Shown here piece after piece: positions 27,481 through 36,969 of a stretch of 64,000 bases of DNA. The notes under the pieces are model-generated. The model saw nothing but the letters and a program-made list of their open reading frames with translations, was not told the DNA's origin and made no database searches. The stretch lies in assembly GCA_013360745.1 (NCBI GenBank), contig JABWBA010000001.1:64946-128945 (forward strand). The letters are read 5' to 3'. The position numbers were made by a program, and so were the translations under genes. The number at the start of each line of letters is the position of its first letter. The stretch's first letter is position 1. The stretch is from Chthonomonadales bacterium. GTDB taxonomy: Bacteria > Armatimonadota > Chthonomonadetes > Chthonomonadales > CAJBBX01.

Positions 27481-28530
27481 GTGACCCGTAATAATATGCC
27501 GCGCGTCGCTGTGGACGCCATGGGCGGCGATCTGGGACCTATCGAGGTGGTGCGAGGCGTAGCGCTCGCGGCGCCGAAGATCCCTGCAGGCACTGCCATC
27601 ACGATCGTTGGTGATGAGAACGCGTTACGCGATGCGGTGGCTCGGCTGGATTTGGACCGGATTCGAGTCACGATCCAGCACGCTTCGCAGGTGATCGGTC
27701 CGGGCGACCGGCCCTCGGAAGCATTTCGCACCAAGCAAGACGCTTCGGTGGTCGTATGCGCGCGCCTAGTGAAAGAGGACGCAACGGATGCGTTCATTTC
27801 TATTGGCAATACAGGCGCTGCGATGGCTTCGGCGATCCGCCATCTCAGGCCGTTGGATGGGATCGATCGGCCAGCGATCGCTGCAGTGGTTCCGACCAAA
27901 GGCGCACCGGCTGTGATGCTGGACATGGGCGCTACGGTCGATTGCGAACCTCACCAGCTGCTTGAGTTCGCCGTCATGGGTCTGACCTATTGTCGTATGC
28001 TCCTCCATCGACCGAATCCCACGGTCGCAATCCTCTCCAATGGGGAGGAATCGGGCAAGGGTAATGAGCTTACTAAGGCGGCGCATCAGCTGCTCCGTGA
28101 GCATGTGCCTGAGTTCGTCGGCAATATCGAGGCGGGAGACGCGTTCCGAGGCGGCGCCGATGTCGTGGTCTGCGACGGCTTCGATGGCAATATCCTCCTG
28201 AAAGGCGCCGAGGGCGTTGCGGAGATGGTCCTGTCTGCGATGCGAGAGGAGCTCACTCGCCATCCATGGATGCGGGTCGCGCTCCTGCCGCTCCGCCCGT
28301 CTATGCGCCGACTTCGCCAGCGGCTCGATTACCGCGAGTTTGGCGGAGCGCCCTTGCTGGGAGTCAACGGTGTTTGCGTCATCGGTCATGGACGATCCGA
28401 CGCCGTAGCGATCAGCAACGCCATCAAAATGGCGGTGGATTCCGTTGGACAAGGGCTTGTCGCTGAACTACGGAATGCCGCTCAATCGCTCAGGGAACGC
28501 AGGGCGATATCGGTAGTGGCTCCGGCCTGA
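27481..28530 (+). CDS. plsX: phosphate acyltransferase PlsX
   Basis: It contains VAVDAMGGDLGP, SIGNTGA and VVCDGFDGNILLK. Confidence 0.92.
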   Translation: MTRNNMPRVAVDAMGGDLGPIEVVRGVALAAPKIPAGTAITIVGDENALRDAVARLDLDRIRVTIQHASQVIGPGDRPSEAFRTKQDASVVVCARLVKEDATDAFISIGNTGAAMASAIRHLRPLDGIDRPAIAAVVPTKGAPAVMLDMGATVDCEPHQLLEFAVMGLTYCRMLLHRPNPTVAILSNGEESGKGNELTKAAHQLLREHVPEFVGNIEAGDAFRGGADVVVCDGFDGNILLKGAEGVAEMVLSAMREELTRHPWMRVALLPLRPSMRRLRQRLDYREFGGAPLLGVNGVCVIGHGRSDAVAISNAIKMAVDSVGQGLVAELRNAAQSLRERRAISVVAPA

Positions 28531-29573
28531 TGCTATCTCCGGCTTCTTCGCCAACAAGGCGGCGTGGCGCGGCGATTCGCGGGCTTGGTATGGCTGTCCC
28601 TGCGACCGTTTTGGCCAATCACCAGCTCGAGGAACTCGTGGCGACATCCGATGAGTGGATCGTCACCCGTACCGGCATACGAGAGCGGCGTATCGCACGA
28701 GATGGTGAGACGACATCCGCGTTGGCCGCTAAGGCCGCTCGAGATGCGATTGCCGATGCCCAGCTCGAACCCGATGAGATCGACATGATCCTGTGCGCGA
28801 CCTGTACCGGCGATTACCTGTGGCCGGCCACTGCCTGTATCGTGCAAGACGCAATCGGCTCACGGCGTGCGGCAGCCTTCGATATCTCAGCCGCCTGTGC
28901 CGGTTTCTGCTATGGGGTCGAGGTCGCCGCGGCTCTGATCGAATCCGGTAAGGCGAATAACATCGTCTTGATCGGCGCCGATACTCTTACCAGGCATGTC
29001 GACTGGTCGGATCGATCGACATGTGTTCTATTCGGTGATGGAGCTGCCGCTGTCGTGTTACGACCTTCGGAACCCGCTCAGGGTGTGCTCGGTTCGTCGA
29101 TAGGGGCCGATGGGTCGCACCATCGCAGTCTTTTCATACCCGCGGGCGGCACGCAGTCACGGCTAACGCCTGCCCTGATTGCCGCTCGATATGATAAACT
29201 CGTGATGCGAGGCGGCGAGGTGTTCAAGTTCGCCGTACGGATCATGGGTGAGGCGTGCCTGAATGCCCTGGCCGACGCCTCTTTGAGCGCGGATGATGTT
29301 GACCTATTCATCCCGCATCAAGCGAATATCCGCATCATCAACGCCGCGGCGACACGGATGGGCCTTCCACCGGAAAAGGTCTTTTGCAATCTTGAGCGAT
29401 ATGGAAACACGTCCGCGGCATCCGTTCCGATTGCGCTTTTCGAGGCGGCAGCCATGGGGCGCATAAAGGATGGCGATATCATCGTCCTTGTCGGCTTCGG
29501 AGCCGGGTTGACCTGGGGTGCGAACGTCATCCGGTGGGAGCGAACGCCAACGTCCGACGAGGCGGTACTTTGA
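28530..29573 (+). CDS. fabH: 3-oxoacyl-ACP synthase III
   Basis: It has the active-site region AFDISAACAGF, plus PHQANIRI and GNTSAASVP. The ATG overlaps the plsX stop (TGATG). Confidence 0.92.
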   Translation: MLSPASSPTRRRGAAIRGLGMAVPATVLANHQLEELVATSDEWIVTRTGIRERRIARDGETTSALAAKAARDAIADAQLEPDEIDMILCATCTGDYLWPATACIVQDAIGSRRAAAFDISAACAGFCYGVEVAAALIESGKANNIVLIGADTLTRHVDWSDRSTCVLFGDGAAAVVLRPSEPAQGVLGSSIGADGSHHRSLFIPAGGTQSRLTPALIAARYDKLVMRGGEVFKFAVRIMGEACLNALADASLSADDVDLFIPHQANIRIINAAATRMGLPPEKVFCNLERYGNTSAASVPIALFEAAAMGRIKDGDIIVLVGFGAGLTWGANVIRWERTPTSDEAVL

Positions 29574-30529
29574 AGGTCGTCTTTACCTTTCCAGGGCAGG
29601 GGTCCCAGCGGGTAGGCATGGGGCAGGATTTCGTTCTAAAGTCGGAAGACGCGAGATCGCTCTTCGCACGCGCCGAGGCCATCCTTGGCTACGATCTGGC
29701 GGCTCTCTGCGCCGACGGCCCTTCCGAGGCGCTCTCACAGACCGAAGCTGCACAACCCGCATTGTATGTGACAGCGTGCGGAGCGCTCGTGGCGCTGCAG
29801 CGGAATGTTGCCATTGGGAGACCCTTCGCCGTTGCAGGACATAGTGTTGGTGAGTTCGCGGCGCTGTATGCGGCGGGCGCTATCGATTTTGAGGCTGGTC
29901 TTGATCTGGTACGCCGTCGTGCCGCATTAATGGCTTCTGCTGCGGCAGCACGTCCCGGGCAAATGGCGGCGATCCTCGGCCTGGATGCTGGTGTGGGGGA
30001 GTTGATCTGTGCTGAAGTGCAAGGCGCGGGGATCGTAGTGGTTGCGAACGATAATGGTCAGGGGCAGATCGTCCTATCAGGAGATCCCGAGGCTGTCGAA
30101 CGCGCAGGAGCGATTGCGAAGGAGCGAGGCGCTCGTCGTGTGATCGGCCTCGCTGTCTCCGGCGCCTTTCACTCTCCGCTGATGGCCGAAGCGGCTTCGG
30201 AGTTCAGCACGATGCTCGAGGATGCGCCTATCCGAGATCCTCACGTGCCTGTCGTATCGAACACGACCGCCACGTATTCACGCTCACGTGCGGAGATAAT
30301 AAGTGGATTGCAGAGCCAGATGGCTGGTAGAGTTCGCTGGCGTGAGACGTTAGATCGGCTTGTAGGTGAACAGGTCGACTTGTATCTGGAGCTCGGTTCT
30401 GGCGATGTTCTAACCGGGCTCCTGAGGCGTCATAGCGCGGATGCGCGTTGTATCAACGTCAGTACGATGGATGATCTTGAGCGCGTCAAGCTCGAGATCG
30501 GAGAGGCGAGGAGTGGATCTCTCGGGTAA
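29534..30529 (+). CDS. fabD: malonyl CoA-ACP transacylase
   Basis: It contains FTFPGQGSQ, the active-site GHSVGEF and SGAFHSPLM. The true start may be the TTG at 29570, which overlaps the fabH stop. Confidence 0.92.
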   Translation: MGANANVRRGGTLKVVFTFPGQGSQRVGMGQDFVLKSEDARSLFARAEAILGYDLAALCADGPSEALSQTEAAQPALYVTACGALVALQRNVAIGRPFAVAGHSVGEFAALYAAGAIDFEAGLDLVRRRAALMASAAAARPGQMAAILGLDAGVGELICAEVQGAGIVVVANDNGQGQIVLSGDPEAVERAGAIAKERGARRVIGLAVSGAFHSPLMAEAASEFSTMLEDAPIRDPHVPVVSNTTATYSRSRAEIISGLQSQMAGRVRWRETLDRLVGEQVDLYLELGSGDVLTGLLRRHSADARCINVSTMDDLERVKLEIGEARSGSLG

Positions 30530-31265
30530 ACGTGCGCTGGTTATCGGAGCAGGTCGGGGGGGGCGTGGCTTAGGCCGAGCCATCGCCATGGGTCTGGCGC
30601 GGGCTGGTGCGGTAGTAGCGATAAGCGGCGCGAACGAAAAGAACGCTGCGGAGGCTGCAACAGCCATCCGTGAGACCTTCGGCCTCGAGGCCTTCCCGTT
30701 TATCGCCGATGTCACCATAAGTGAGGAAGTCACCCGGTTGTTCGAAGCGATTGTAGACGCTATTGGCGGACTGGACATTATGGTCTACAATGCCGGGATT
30801 ACTCGCGACGATCTGTTGATCCGGATGTCGGAAGAAGCATGGGATGCCGTGCTTGATGTAAACCTGAAGGGCGCTTTCCTCTGTTCAAGACTTGCCGCGA
30901 AGCTCATGATACGGCAACGATCGGGCAGAATTGTCCATATCACGTCGGTGATGGGCATAGTAGGCAACAAGGGGCAGGCGAACTATGCGGCCAGCAAAGG
31001 CGGCCTGATATCGCTGACGAAGTCGATGGCAAAGGAACTCGGTTCGCGTGGGATAACCGTCAACGCGATAGCGCCGGGTTTTGTCGAAACTGCAATGACG
31101 GATGGGCTTCCGGAGGAATATCGACAGGATATCCAGAAGATGATACCGATTGGGCGTCTGGGCAGACCCGAGGATATCGCTGGGCCTGTGACGTTCCTTT
31201 GTACGGACGAAGCCGGCTATATTACCGGCCAGGTGATCTCGGTCGATGGAGGCCTGTTCACCTGA
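30513..31265 (+). CDS. fabG: 3-oxoacyl-ACP reductase
   Basis: It has the SDR motifs NAGI and the catalytic YAASKGG, plus ITVNAIAPGF. The GTG start at 30513 is preceded by GGAGAGGCGAGGAG. The glycine-rich loop is atypical (see findings). Confidence 0.9.
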   Translation: MDLSGKRALVIGAGRGGRGLGRAIAMGLARAGAVVAISGANEKNAAEAATAIRETFGLEAFPFIADVTISEEVTRLFEAIVDAIGGLDIMVYNAGITRDDLLIRMSEEAWDAVLDVNLKGAFLCSRLAAKLMIRQRSGRIVHITSVMGIVGNKGQANYAASKGGLISLTKSMAKELGSRGITVNAIAPGFVETAMTDGLPEEYRQDIQKMIPIGRLGRPEDIAGPVTFLCTDEAGYITGQVISVDGGLFT

Positions 31266-31330
31266 CTTAGAGTACCGATGGCGTACGGATCGACAGCAAG
31301 ACAGTTATAACCAAACCTGGGAGGATACGG

Positions 31331-31567
31331 ATGACGAATTTTGATCGCGTGAAGAAGGTGATCGCCAACAAGCTCCATTGCAGTGAGGAGGAGATAACCG
31401 AGGGGGCGTCGTTCATCGAGGATCTTGGCGCGGATTCCCTTGATAATGTTGAGCTAGTCATGGGACTCGAGGAAGAGTTCGATGTCGATATCTCGGACGA
31501 GGAAGCGGAGAAGATCCGCACGGTCGGCGATGCCTTGAAGTTCATCGAGGAGAAGACCAAGCCCTGA
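31331..31567 (+). CDS. acpP: acyl carrier protein
   Basis: It has the phosphopantetheine attachment motif [23 protein letters not shown] lies upstream. Confidence 0.95.
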   Translation: MTNFDRVKKVIANKLHCSEEEITEGASFIEDLGADSLDNVELVMGLEEEFDVDISDEEAEKIRTVGDALKFIEEKTKP

Positions 31568-31644
31568 CTACTCGTGGATCGACCGCAATAGATAGGCGAG
31601 AATCCAGTCCTCCTCCACGACGGGTAGTAGTTACCGGTCTTGGT

Positions 31645-32850
31645 GTGGTCACATCCCTTGGATGGGACTTGACGACGTTCTGGAACCATCTGCTTCAAGG
31701 GCGGTCAGGCGTTCGGGAGATAACCTCCTTCGATGTAAGCGCCTATACGACCCGAATCGCCAGTGAAGTGGTCGGCTTCGATCCGGCGCAGTTCATGACG
31801 CCGAAAGAGGCCCAGCGTATGGATCGGTTCGCCCAGTTCGCTGTGGCGGCCGCCAGAGGCGCGCTGGAGGATGCCGACCTTACCGTGAAGCCGGAGATCG
31901 CTGAGCGTACCGGTGTCCTTATTGGGTCTGGCATCGGTGGGATCATGACGATCGAACAGCAGTTTGCGGTCCTCTGCGATAAGGGACCCTCCCGTATCAG
32001 CCCGTTCTTTATACCGATGCTGATCTCAGATATGGCCTCGGGACAGGTATCGATCCTGTTTGGCGCCAAAGGACCGAATAGTGCGGTTGTAACCGCCTGC
32101 GCAACGGGTACGCACGCGATCGGTGATTCCTATCACATCATACGACGCGGAGACGCCGATGTGATGATCGCTGGAGGCGCAGAAGCGCCGATGTCGCGCC
32201 TTGGCCTCGGTGGTTTTTGCGCAGCCAGAGCGCTATCTCAACGGAATGATGATCCGGAACGGGCTAGCCGTCCGTTCGATCGCGATCGCGACGGATTCGT
32301 GATGGGTGAAGGTGCAGGGATCATCATCCTGGAATCCCTTGAGCACGCGCTCGCTCGAAATGCGAGGATCCGGGCGGAGGTAGTCGGTTACGGTATGACC
32401 GGCGATGCTTATCATGTTACCGCTCCGGCCCCTGGAGGGGAAGGCGCGGCCCGTGCCATGTCCATGGCTCTGGAAACTGCCGGCGCGACGGCTCAGGATG
32501 TGGACTACATCAACGCCCACGGCACATCGACCATTCCCAACGATCGCCTGGAGACCATGGCGATCAAGACCGTCTTTGGGGATCACGCATACTCGGTGGC
32601 GATCAGCTCGACGAAATCCATGACCGGGCATCTTCTCGGTGCGGCGGGAGCCGTGGAAGCGGTCGCGACGATCATGGCGATGGAGCATTCGCAGATTCCG
32701 CCCACGATCAACCTTGATAATCCTGATCCGGAGTGTGATCTCAACTACACGCCCAACCGCGCGGTTCGGCGCGAAGTGCAGTGTGCGATGTCCAACTCAT
32801 TCGGGTTCGGCGGCCACAACGCGAGTATTATGTTCCGAGTCTATAACTGA
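31645..32850 (+). CDS. fabF: 3-oxoacyl-ACP synthase II (5' boundary unresolved)
   Basis: It has the KAS II motifs ([41 protein letters not shown]). The conserved N-terminal strand RRVVVTGLG is encoded in frame upstream of the first canonical start (GTG at 31645). Confidence 0.9.
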   Translation: MVTSLGWDLTTFWNHLLQGRSGVREITSFDVSAYTTRIASEVVGFDPAQFMTPKEAQRMDRFAQFAVAAARGALEDADLTVKPEIAERTGVLIGSGIGGIMTIEQQFAVLCDKGPSRISPFFIPMLISDMASGQVSILFGAKGPNSAVVTACATGTHAIGDSYHIIRRGDADVMIAGGAEAPMSRLGLGGFCAARALSQRNDDPERASRPFDRDRDGFVMGEGAGIIILESLEHALARNARIRAEVVGYGMTGDAYHVTAPAPGGEGAARAMSMALETAGATAQDVDYINAHGTSTIPNDRLETMAIKTVFGDHAYSVAISSTKSMTGHLLGAAGAVEAVATIMAMEHSQIPPTINLDNPDPECDLNYTPNRAVRREVQCAMSNSFGFGGHNASIMFRVYN

Positions 32851-32884
32851 CAATCGATCGATCAATCTGGCTCGATGAGGCGCC

Positions 32885-33619
32885 ATGCGCCAACACGAGC
32901 ATTACGGCCAGGATATGCAGGAAGCCGCATCTGAGATAGATCCGGAAGAGCTGGCGACGGGACTTCACGTACGGTTTCGTGATCCGTCGCTGCTCCAACT
33001 AGCGACCACCCATCGTAGTCGCGTTCCCGACAACCCGCTGGCCAGCTATGAGCGTCTGGAGTTCCTGGGTGACGCCGTCGTGGGGTTGGTTGTGGCGGAA
33101 TGGCTGTACTCCCGCTACCCGGAGCTCTCTGAAGGCGAGCTCGCACTGCGCCGTACACGCCTGGTGAACCGTGAGGCGCTTGCCCGAGCGACCGAGAATC
33201 TCGGAATCCAGTCCCTGTCTGCACTTACCGAGACTCTAGGCCATTGCCATTCCAGAGGTAGGCTGTCCATACGCGCCGATCTTTTCGAGGCTCTGATCGG
33301 CGCAGTGTTCATCGACCGGGGATACCGGACCGCCCGTCGTATCGTTAGAGCGGCTCTCCGAGGGGCATTTCGGTCGCTAGCGATGGAGCCGAATACCTCC
33401 GATCCGAAATCTCGGTTGCAGGAGCTGACACAAGCACGCTGGCGAGTCTTGCCGGCCTACGAGATTGCCCCTCGTGAGGGCAGCGCGCACCAACCGCTAT
33501 TCCGCGCCACCGTATCGATTCGCAACCAGGTGATCGCTCACGGAAGCGGCGCCTCCAAGAAGGAGGCTGAGCGCGATGCGGCTGCTGCCGCACTTGGCTT
33601 GCTGGAGGAGAGTTCCTAG
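32885..33619 (+). CDS. rnc: ribonuclease III
   Basis: It has the signature ERLEFLGDAV and a C-terminal dsRBD (GSGASKKEAERDAAAAAL). Confidence 0.9.
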   Translation: MRQHEHYGQDMQEAASEIDPEELATGLHVRFRDPSLLQLATTHRSRVPDNPLASYERLEFLGDAVVGLVVAEWLYSRYPELSEGELALRRTRLVNREALARATENLGIQSLSALTETLGHCHSRGRLSIRADLFEALIGAVFIDRGYRTARRIVRAALRGAFRSLAMEPNTSDPKSRLQELTQARWRVLPAYEIAPREGSAHQPLFRATVSIRNQVIAHGSGASKKEAERDAAAAALGLLEESS

Positions 33620-33623
33620 CGGC

Positions 33624-34703
33624 ATGGGAGACGGGATAAAACCCAGGGCCGACTCGGCCACAGGCGCTCCACCTACCATGGTCTGGACGGGCGAGGCGCT
33701 GGCGCTTTTGGATCAGCGCCTCGTCCCAGAGCGTGTCGAGTACCTGTCGCTCCGTGACCATTCATCGATCGCAATGGCGATTCGGGACATGGCGGTTCGT
33801 GGCGCCCCTGCCATCGGTTGCGCCGCGGCCTTCGGGTTAGCCCTGGCTGTTCGCTCAGCAGCGAACCAGTCGGATGTCGATTGGGGGCGAGCGATCGACA
33901 GAGCGAGCGCCGAGCTTCTCAGCGCCCGCCCAACGGCCGTGAATCTGCGCTGGGCGATCGAAAGGGTTCGCCGCGTGTGCGAAACAGAAGGCCGGGAGGC
34001 CGCAACGGCTGCTGCGTTACGCGAGGCGGAGCGCATGCTCGCAGAGGATCGTGAGATAAATCGCCGCATCGGTGACCATGGCGCAGATCTGCTACCCGAT
34101 CCATGCACAATCCTCACCCACTGTAATGCTGGGGCTCTCGCAACCGCAGGCTACGGTACCGCCCTTGGTGTCATCCGCTCGCTGCACAGAGCGGGAAAGC
34201 TATACCGTGTATATGTCGATGAAACACGACCACGGCTGCAGGGAGCGCGATTGACGGCATGGGAGCTCCTTCAAGAAAACATACAGGTAACGATTCTACC
34301 GGACGGAGCGGCCGCGTGGTTGATGAAAAATCGCCGCGTCGATTGCGTGGTTGTTGGGGCAGACCGTATCGCCGCAAATGGTGATACTGCGAATAAAGTC
34401 GGGACCTACGGTCTAGCGATCACGGCGCAAGCGCATGACGTCCCGTTGTATGTCGCAGCGCCGATCTCGACGTTCGACTGGCGCACACCTACGGGGAGTG
34501 AGATTCCGATTGAGGAGAGGGATCCGGACGAGGTGACGCATGTAATGGGCGCTCGAATCGCTCCAGATGGTGTGTCCGTCTGGAACCCGTCATTTGACGT
34601 CACGCCAAAGCGCTTGATTACTGCGTTTATCACCGAGCATGGAGTGTATGAGCCAACCGCAGAGGACCTATTGCGCCTTCGCGGGATCAGTGAGGAGCGA
34701 TGA
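33624..34703 (+). CDS. mtnA: S-methyl-5-thioribose-1-phosphate isomerase
   Basis: It contains LALLDQRLVPE, VRGAPAIG, THCNAGALAT, ETRP.LQGARLTAWEL, VGADRIAANGDTANKVGTY and NPSFDVTP. The start is either 33624 or 33678. Confidence 0.88.
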   Translation: MGDGIKPRADSATGAPPTMVWTGEALALLDQRLVPERVEYLSLRDHSSIAMAIRDMAVRGAPAIGCAAAFGLALAVRSAANQSDVDWGRAIDRASAELLSARPTAVNLRWAIERVRRVCETEGREAATAAALREAERMLAEDREINRRIGDHGADLLPDPCTILTHCNAGALATAGYGTALGVIRSLHRAGKLYRVYVDETRPRLQGARLTAWELLQENIQVTILPDGAAAWLMKNRRVDCVVVGADRIAANGDTANKVGTYGLAITAQAHDVPLYVAAPISTFDWRTPTGSEIPIEERDPDEVTHVMGARIAPDGVSVWNPSFDVTPKRLITAFITEHGVYEPTAEDLLRLRGISEER

Positions 34704-34704
34704 T

Positions 34705-35226
34705 ATGGGTCTGCGAGCGGCGAGTCTGATCCGGGACATACCGGATTTCCCGGAACCCGGTATTGTCTTCAAGGATATTACGCCCATCCTGCGTGACCCG
34801 CAGGCTTACCGCGAAGTAGTTGGTCTGCTTTCGGAAGGCGTTGCGCAGCTTCAAGGCGAGGTGGTGTGCGGTGTCGAGAGCCGGGGCTTCCTGTTCGGAG
34901 CTCCCGTTGCGTTGGATCTCGGACTACCGTTCGTACCGCTCCGTAAGCCCGGCAAGCTTCCCTATCGGACAACCAGCGAGGAGTACGAGCTCGAATACGG
35001 CTCGAGCGCGATCGAGATCCACGTGGACGCGATTAACGCAGGCGAGCGCGTGGTGATCATCGATGATCTTCTCGCGACGGGAGGCACTGCGGCGGCGGCA
35101 AACCGTTTGATCGCGCGCGCAGGTGGTGTAATAGCAGGATCTATGTTCGTCATCGAGCTGGGATTCCTCAAGGGGCGCGATAAGTTGACTGCGGGTGACG
35201 TTCGGTCGTTGATCCTGTTCGAATGA
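34705..35226 (+). CDS. apt: adenine phosphoribosyltransferase
   Basis: It contains IRDIPDFPEPGIVFKDITPIL and the PRPP loop VVIIDDLLATGGTA. A GAGGAG RBS lies upstream. Confidence 0.92.
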   Translation: MGLRAASLIRDIPDFPEPGIVFKDITPILRDPQAYREVVGLLSEGVAQLQGEVVCGVESRGFLFGAPVALDLGLPFVPLRKPGKLPYRTTSEEYELEYGSSAIEIHVDAINAGERVVIIDDLLATGGTAAAANRLIARAGGVIAGSMFVIELGFLKGRDKLTAGDVRSLILFE

Positions 35227-35340
35227 GCGATGGTATGCCGTGGTCGGACAATCATCGATACTCGGCGAATGTAGTTGTTGATGTGAAACGACGCGTGGTG
35301 CTGAACCGCGCACAACATGCAAGGATTGGAGGAATAAGAC

Positions 35341-36006
35341 ATGGGTGACATGGTCATCGGGGTCGAATGCCGCGCAGCGGGGGCGGAGAAGTGTTATATG
35401 AGGGAAATCGTCGCGGCAGCAGAGGATTTCCAGGTACCGCTGACGTGGCTTATCGGTGTTTCGCTGCACGATCCGATGGGAAATGCAGCCCTGTATCGTG
35501 ATGAATACCTTCATCGGATACCTGCGTGGCATGAGGTCGGTGTCCTGCTGATTGCGGAGAACGGAGCGGATTGTCCCGACAGTGCCGGCCACTGCGACCT
35601 GGCACGACTGGGTAAGGATGTCTTGAAGCAACTGCATGTTAAGCCGGTGTGTTGTAAGCTAACCGGAGCCGACCTGGCAGCCACCTCGGTTAAGACCATG
35701 GAGGACATCGGCATACTGGTGGCGGCAGGGAATGTCGCGGGATGCTGCGATTGTTCGGGTGAACCCTACCATCCCGCTCTATCAGATGTTAGGAAACCGG
35801 GCGACGCCCGACTCGTCGTTCTACCACATGGCGGAGCCTCAGTGTTGACAGGTGAGGCCATGACGAAGGTGCGGTCGGGAGCTCCGCTGACGTTCGGTGT
35901 CCTCTGGGACGATGAGGATCCTGGAACACGGCTGAGAGAGCTGTTGGAGGCGGCCACGCAGTCCGGTGCGACTGTGCGGACATTGACGCCTGCCTGCCTT
36001 GTGTGA
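35341..36006 (+). CDS. hypothetical protein (Cys-rich, no family recognised)
   Basis: It has a GGAGG RBS 8 nt upstream and its stop overlaps the next gene's start. It contains the Cys cluster GCCDCSGEPYHP. Confidence 0.45.
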   Translation: MGDMVIGVECRAAGAEKCYMREIVAAAEDFQVPLTWLIGVSLHDPMGNAALYRDEYLHRIPAWHEVGVLLIAENGADCPDSAGHCDLARLGKDVLKQLHVKPVCCKLTGADLAATSVKTMEDIGILVAAGNVAGCCDCSGEPYHPALSDVRKPGDARLVVLPHGGASVLTGEAMTKVRSGAPLTFGVLWDDEDPGTRLRELLEAATQSGATVRTLTPACLV

Positions 36007-36965
36007 GTAAAGCCGGTCAGCGCGACCGTCATCCATGGACTCCTGGCGCCGTCCTTGCGCTCGGAGGCGCCTCTGTACTATGGGCGGCGGCAGGGATTGC
36101 GGCTAAGATCGCCCTTGGTAATGCCGATAAGGATCAACGTGGCTATGTACCCCCTATTACCCTCGCCGCGTTGCGTTTTGGTCTCGGTGGGGGACTGCTG
36201 TATGTCGCACTTCGCTCTCGTGGCCACTGGTTTTCCGTCGAACGTGCAGATCGATCTCGCTTTACGATCCTCGGCACTCTCGGGGTTACCATAAGCTATT
36301 CGATCTTTTACGCCAGTATGCGGTTCACTACTGCCACGGATACGACGCTAATCGTCGCGGCTGAGCCGATCCTCATCGTGTTGCTTGCCTGGCGATTTCT
36401 TGGCGAAACGCTGTCGATAGGGCAAGCGTTCGGGATGGTAATGGGCTTACTCGGGGTCTACCTGATCGTATGCCAGGGAGCAGCGCCACGGTTAGAGAGT
36501 ACGGCATTGGCAAACGGCATGATCGTCCTTGCTCTTATATCCGAGGCTACATCCAGTATCGTCGGTAAGTCGCTTACGCGCACCTACCCGGGTCTCGTCG
36601 TGGCGTGTCGAGGCATGTTGATCGGAGCGGCTGCGCTGACACCGCTATCCATCGTCGAGATCATGTGGATTCGACCCAGTCTGCCGGGCCCTGAAGCGCT
36701 GCTCGCTATCGTCTATCTGGCTGTCATCTGTTCCTGCCTATGTTACGCAATCTGGTATTCGCTGATGGAGAGATACCCTGTGTCGAGTATGGCAGGCTTT
36801 CTACTCATCCAACCCGTATTGGCGCCCGTATACGGATATCTTTTCTTGCGGGAATCCCTGACGGTATGGAGTCTAGTCGGTGCTCTCCTTACGGTAGTCG
36901 GGATCTGCACCATCTCGACCATCCGATCCTCGGCCGCAGTTCACGATCTATCGCACGCCCCCTGA
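36003..36965 (+). CDS. EamA/DMT-family transporter
   Basis: It is about 10 predicted TM helices arranged as two EamA-like halves, rich in G/A/L/V. The start overlaps the upstream stop (GTGA). Confidence 0.85.
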   Translation: MSKAGQRDRHPWTPGAVLALGGASVLWAAAGIAAKIALGNADKDQRGYVPPITLAALRFGLGGGLLYVALRSRGHWFSVERADRSRFTILGTLGVTISYSIFYASMRFTTATDTTLIVAAEPILIVLLAWRFLGETLSIGQAFGMVMGLLGVYLIVCQGAAPRLESTALANGMIVLALISEATSSIVGKSLTRTYPGLVVACRGMLIGAAALTPLSIVEIMWIRPSLPGPEALLAIVYLAVICSCLCYAIWYSLMERYPVSSMAGFLLIQPVLAPVYGYLFLRESLTVWSLVGALLTVVGICTISTIRSSAAVHDLSHAP

Positions 36966-36969
36966 ATCT

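Noticed and set aside
26686-33619. I considered whether the yceD-rpmF-plsX-fabHDG-acpP-fabF-rnc block could be a novel system.
   Set aside because: This is the canonical, widely conserved fatty-acid/phospholipid synthesis cluster. Only the fabG loop and the fabF start (reported separately) are unusual.
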